A stretch of 64,000 nt of DNA, taken from contig CH464491.1 of NCBI GenBank assembly GCA_000002445.1, positions 2,400,001 through 2,464,000 on the forward strand, given 5' to 3'. Each line of letters starts with the position of its first letter. Within the stretch, counting starts at the first letter, position 1. The notes under the pieces were generated by a model. The model did not search any database. It was not told the DNA's origin and saw only the letters and a program-made list of their open reading frames with translations. This document shows, piece after piece, positions 62,290 through 64,000 of the stretch. The translations under genes were made by a program, and so were the position numbers. The stretch comes from Trypanosoma brucei. Lineage: Eukaryota.

Positions 62290-63165
62290 ATGAGTAACGC
62301 TAACGCTGCTCAAAAGCGTCGCATCGATGCCCTTCTCCGTCTCCCGGAGAACAAGGTATGTTTTGAGTGCCTAGAAAACCAACCGCGGTGGGCAAGTACT
62401 AACCTCGGGGTTTTTCTCTGCCTCCGCTGCGCCGGTCTTCATCGATCAGCAGGTACACATGTTTCAAAGGTTCGTTCGGCCACCATGGATACTTGGGAGG
62501 AGGAAATGATTAGATGTTGTGAAAACATTGGTAACGCCCGCGGTCGGGTGCTGTATGAATACAACATGCCCGACAGCGTTCGACCCAATGCATCCACAAA
62601 CGGGGCCTTGGCGGAGCGTCTTATACGGGAGAAGTATGAGCAGAGGCGGTACTTTAACGTGGAGTACGACTCACTTTTAAAGAAGTTCATGTCTGAAGGT
62701 GCGAGTCAAGGATCTTCCACGCCCAAGGACGAGAAACGTGACGTGGTAGCTTCGGTGCCAGCTCCTCCGTCGCTTTGGGTTGGAAACTCCCAACAAACGG
62801 CCCAACCAACCCTGACCGCCGGCCAAACGAAGCAAAGCGCGTCGGCAAATGGAATAAGCATAGATGATCTCTTCTCGACACCCAATGCGAAAACTAACCC
62901 CAATGTGGGAACACCGGTGTCGCCCCAACCGGTTGGAGTAGTGCCACAAGGGCAATTCCAACAAACCTCAGGAATGTTCCACCCAGCAGGTATGACGCCG
63001 TTTGGCATGGAAGTTCGCGGACCCTCTCAAGGAAACTTTCAAGCGCCTGCAGTGGATGCAAAGCAGGAGATTATGTCTTTATTTACTCCGAGTAATCAAG
63101 GTCCTCCGCACGTATATAGTGCTTGGGCCCCATCCGGTTCCTCCAAATGCTTTTCTCCTCAGTAA
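62290..63165 (+). CDS. ArfGAP-domain protein (ADP-ribosylation-factor GTPase-activating protein, SMAP/AGFG-like)
   Basis: The N-terminal ArfGAP zinc finger is CFECLENQPRWASTNLGVFLCLRCAGLHRSAGTHVSKVRSATMDTW, with the CX2CX16CX2C pattern and the catalytic Arg in R-x-x-G. The C-terminal half is Gln/Pro/Gly-rich low complexity (FG-like PFGM motifs). Confidence 0.85.
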   Translation: MSNANAAQKRRIDALLRLPENKVCFECLENQPRWASTNLGVFLCLRCAGLHRSAGTHVSKVRSATMDTWEEEMIRCCENIGNARGRVLYEYNMPDSVRPNASTNGALAERLIREKYEQRRYFNVEYDSLLKKFMSEGASQGSSTPKDEKRDVVASVPAPPSLWVGNSQQTAQPTLTAGQTKQSASANGISIDDLFSTPNAKTNPNVGTPVSPQPVGVVPQGQFQQTSGMFHPAGMTPFGMEVRGPSQGNFQAPAVDAKQEIMSLFTPSNQGPPHVYSAWAPSGSSKCFSPQ

Positions 63166-64000
63166 CACTCGCGGTGAAGGCCCTACATTAGCGAAGAAAG
63201 AGTTGAAGTTGCAAAATTACAAAAAAAAGTTACTGAAATAGAGGAGCAAGTGACTCCCGCCCGCTGATGGGCGGATCGAAACAATAAAGAAGCATAGGGA
63301 GGATGTGAGAGGCGTTCTTAACACTGGGTCATCACTGTTGATACCGCAGACTTGCTTTTTTTTTTCTGCTCTTGGGTTCTTTTTCTTTTTTTTTCTTCTT
63401 CTACTATGGTTCTTTACCACTTTCTTCTTCGTTTGCCCCACCACCTCTTTCGCTTCCTGTTTCCCGTTTGCTGTTGCATGTATGAAAAAAAAAAACAGCC
63501 AAAAGCACTACTGTAAAGCAGAAAGAAAAGAAGACCACAACTTTTCGCGGTTCCACGTCATCTGTTGATGATACAATGAACTTATGTAGTGTGAAGGTTT
63601 TGTGTGTATGTGTTTGTGTTTGTGTTTGTAAGCAAACTTTCCCTCTTTCCTTTCCCCAACCCACTTACCCTTTTGTATATTTCCCGCGGTTATTTAATGG
63701 AATGCAGCGGTGGACCGGAGAAACAACATATAATACACACGCAATAAAAGAAAAAAAAGAAACAGTTGAATATATACATACATATCTATTTGTTCAAGAA
63801 GGAGAGGAAGGGTTGTGGCGTATGGATTAATTGATGGATTAAGTTTAGCAACAGCAACGAGGAGAGAAAGACTGAAAGATATTGAGGTGAATTCAGGTGA
63901 TATAATCGAAGACTATTTTGACATTACCACGCGGGAAAATGAAGAAAGAAAGGAAGAAATCAAAAGACATATTGAGGGTAGTTGGGGAGGGAGGGAGGGG

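Noticed and set aside
1-64000. CRISPR arrays, restriction-modification, toxin-antitoxin or other prokaryotic defence/mobile systems
   Set aside because: The window is eukaryotic (kinetoplastid gene families, trans-splicing signals, no Shine-Dalgarno-spaced operons). No short direct-repeat/spacer arrays or prokaryotic system components are present.

Overview
Eukaryotic sequence, not prokaryotic. The gene organisation is that of a kinetoplastid (Trypanosoma brucei-like) chromosome-internal polycistronic transcription unit. Every credible gene is on the + strand and there are no introns. Genes are separated by 0.5-1.5 kb spacers that carry polypyrimidine tracts, the expected trans-splice/polyadenylation signals, and many (TA)n, (GT)n and (CA)n microsatellites. 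I recognise about 25 protein-coding genes from conserved motifs: an RNI-type LRR protein, ribose-5-phosphate isomerase B, mitochondrial EF-G2, PDCD5, a BCCIP-like protein, a J-domain protein, a zDHHC palmitoyltransferase, BMS1, a Methyltransf_16-like methyltransferase, a CFAP96/DUF4586-like protein, a C-terminal-motor kinesin, a degenerate SNF2-RING protein, RPA1, TRIP13/PCH2, a type IA topoisomerase III with an RGG tail, and an ArfGAP. The stand-out structure is a tandem array of ZIP-family (Zrt/Irt-like) metal-transporter genes spanning 13.4-25.2 kb. It has one diverged leading copy, an orphan 3' gene fragment and four near-identical full copies. The copies are mosaic, with variable His-rich metal-binding segments, two alternative intergenic (UTR) types and one terminal copy with a replaced cytosolic loop. 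I found no prokaryotic-style defence or mobile system, no CRISPR, no tRNA or rRNA gene and no recognisable retroposon. Several ORF-caller models are over-extended at the 5' end through microsatellites or low-complexity sequence, so I give adjusted starts. All homology calls are from memory of family motifs and need HMMER/BLAST confirmation.
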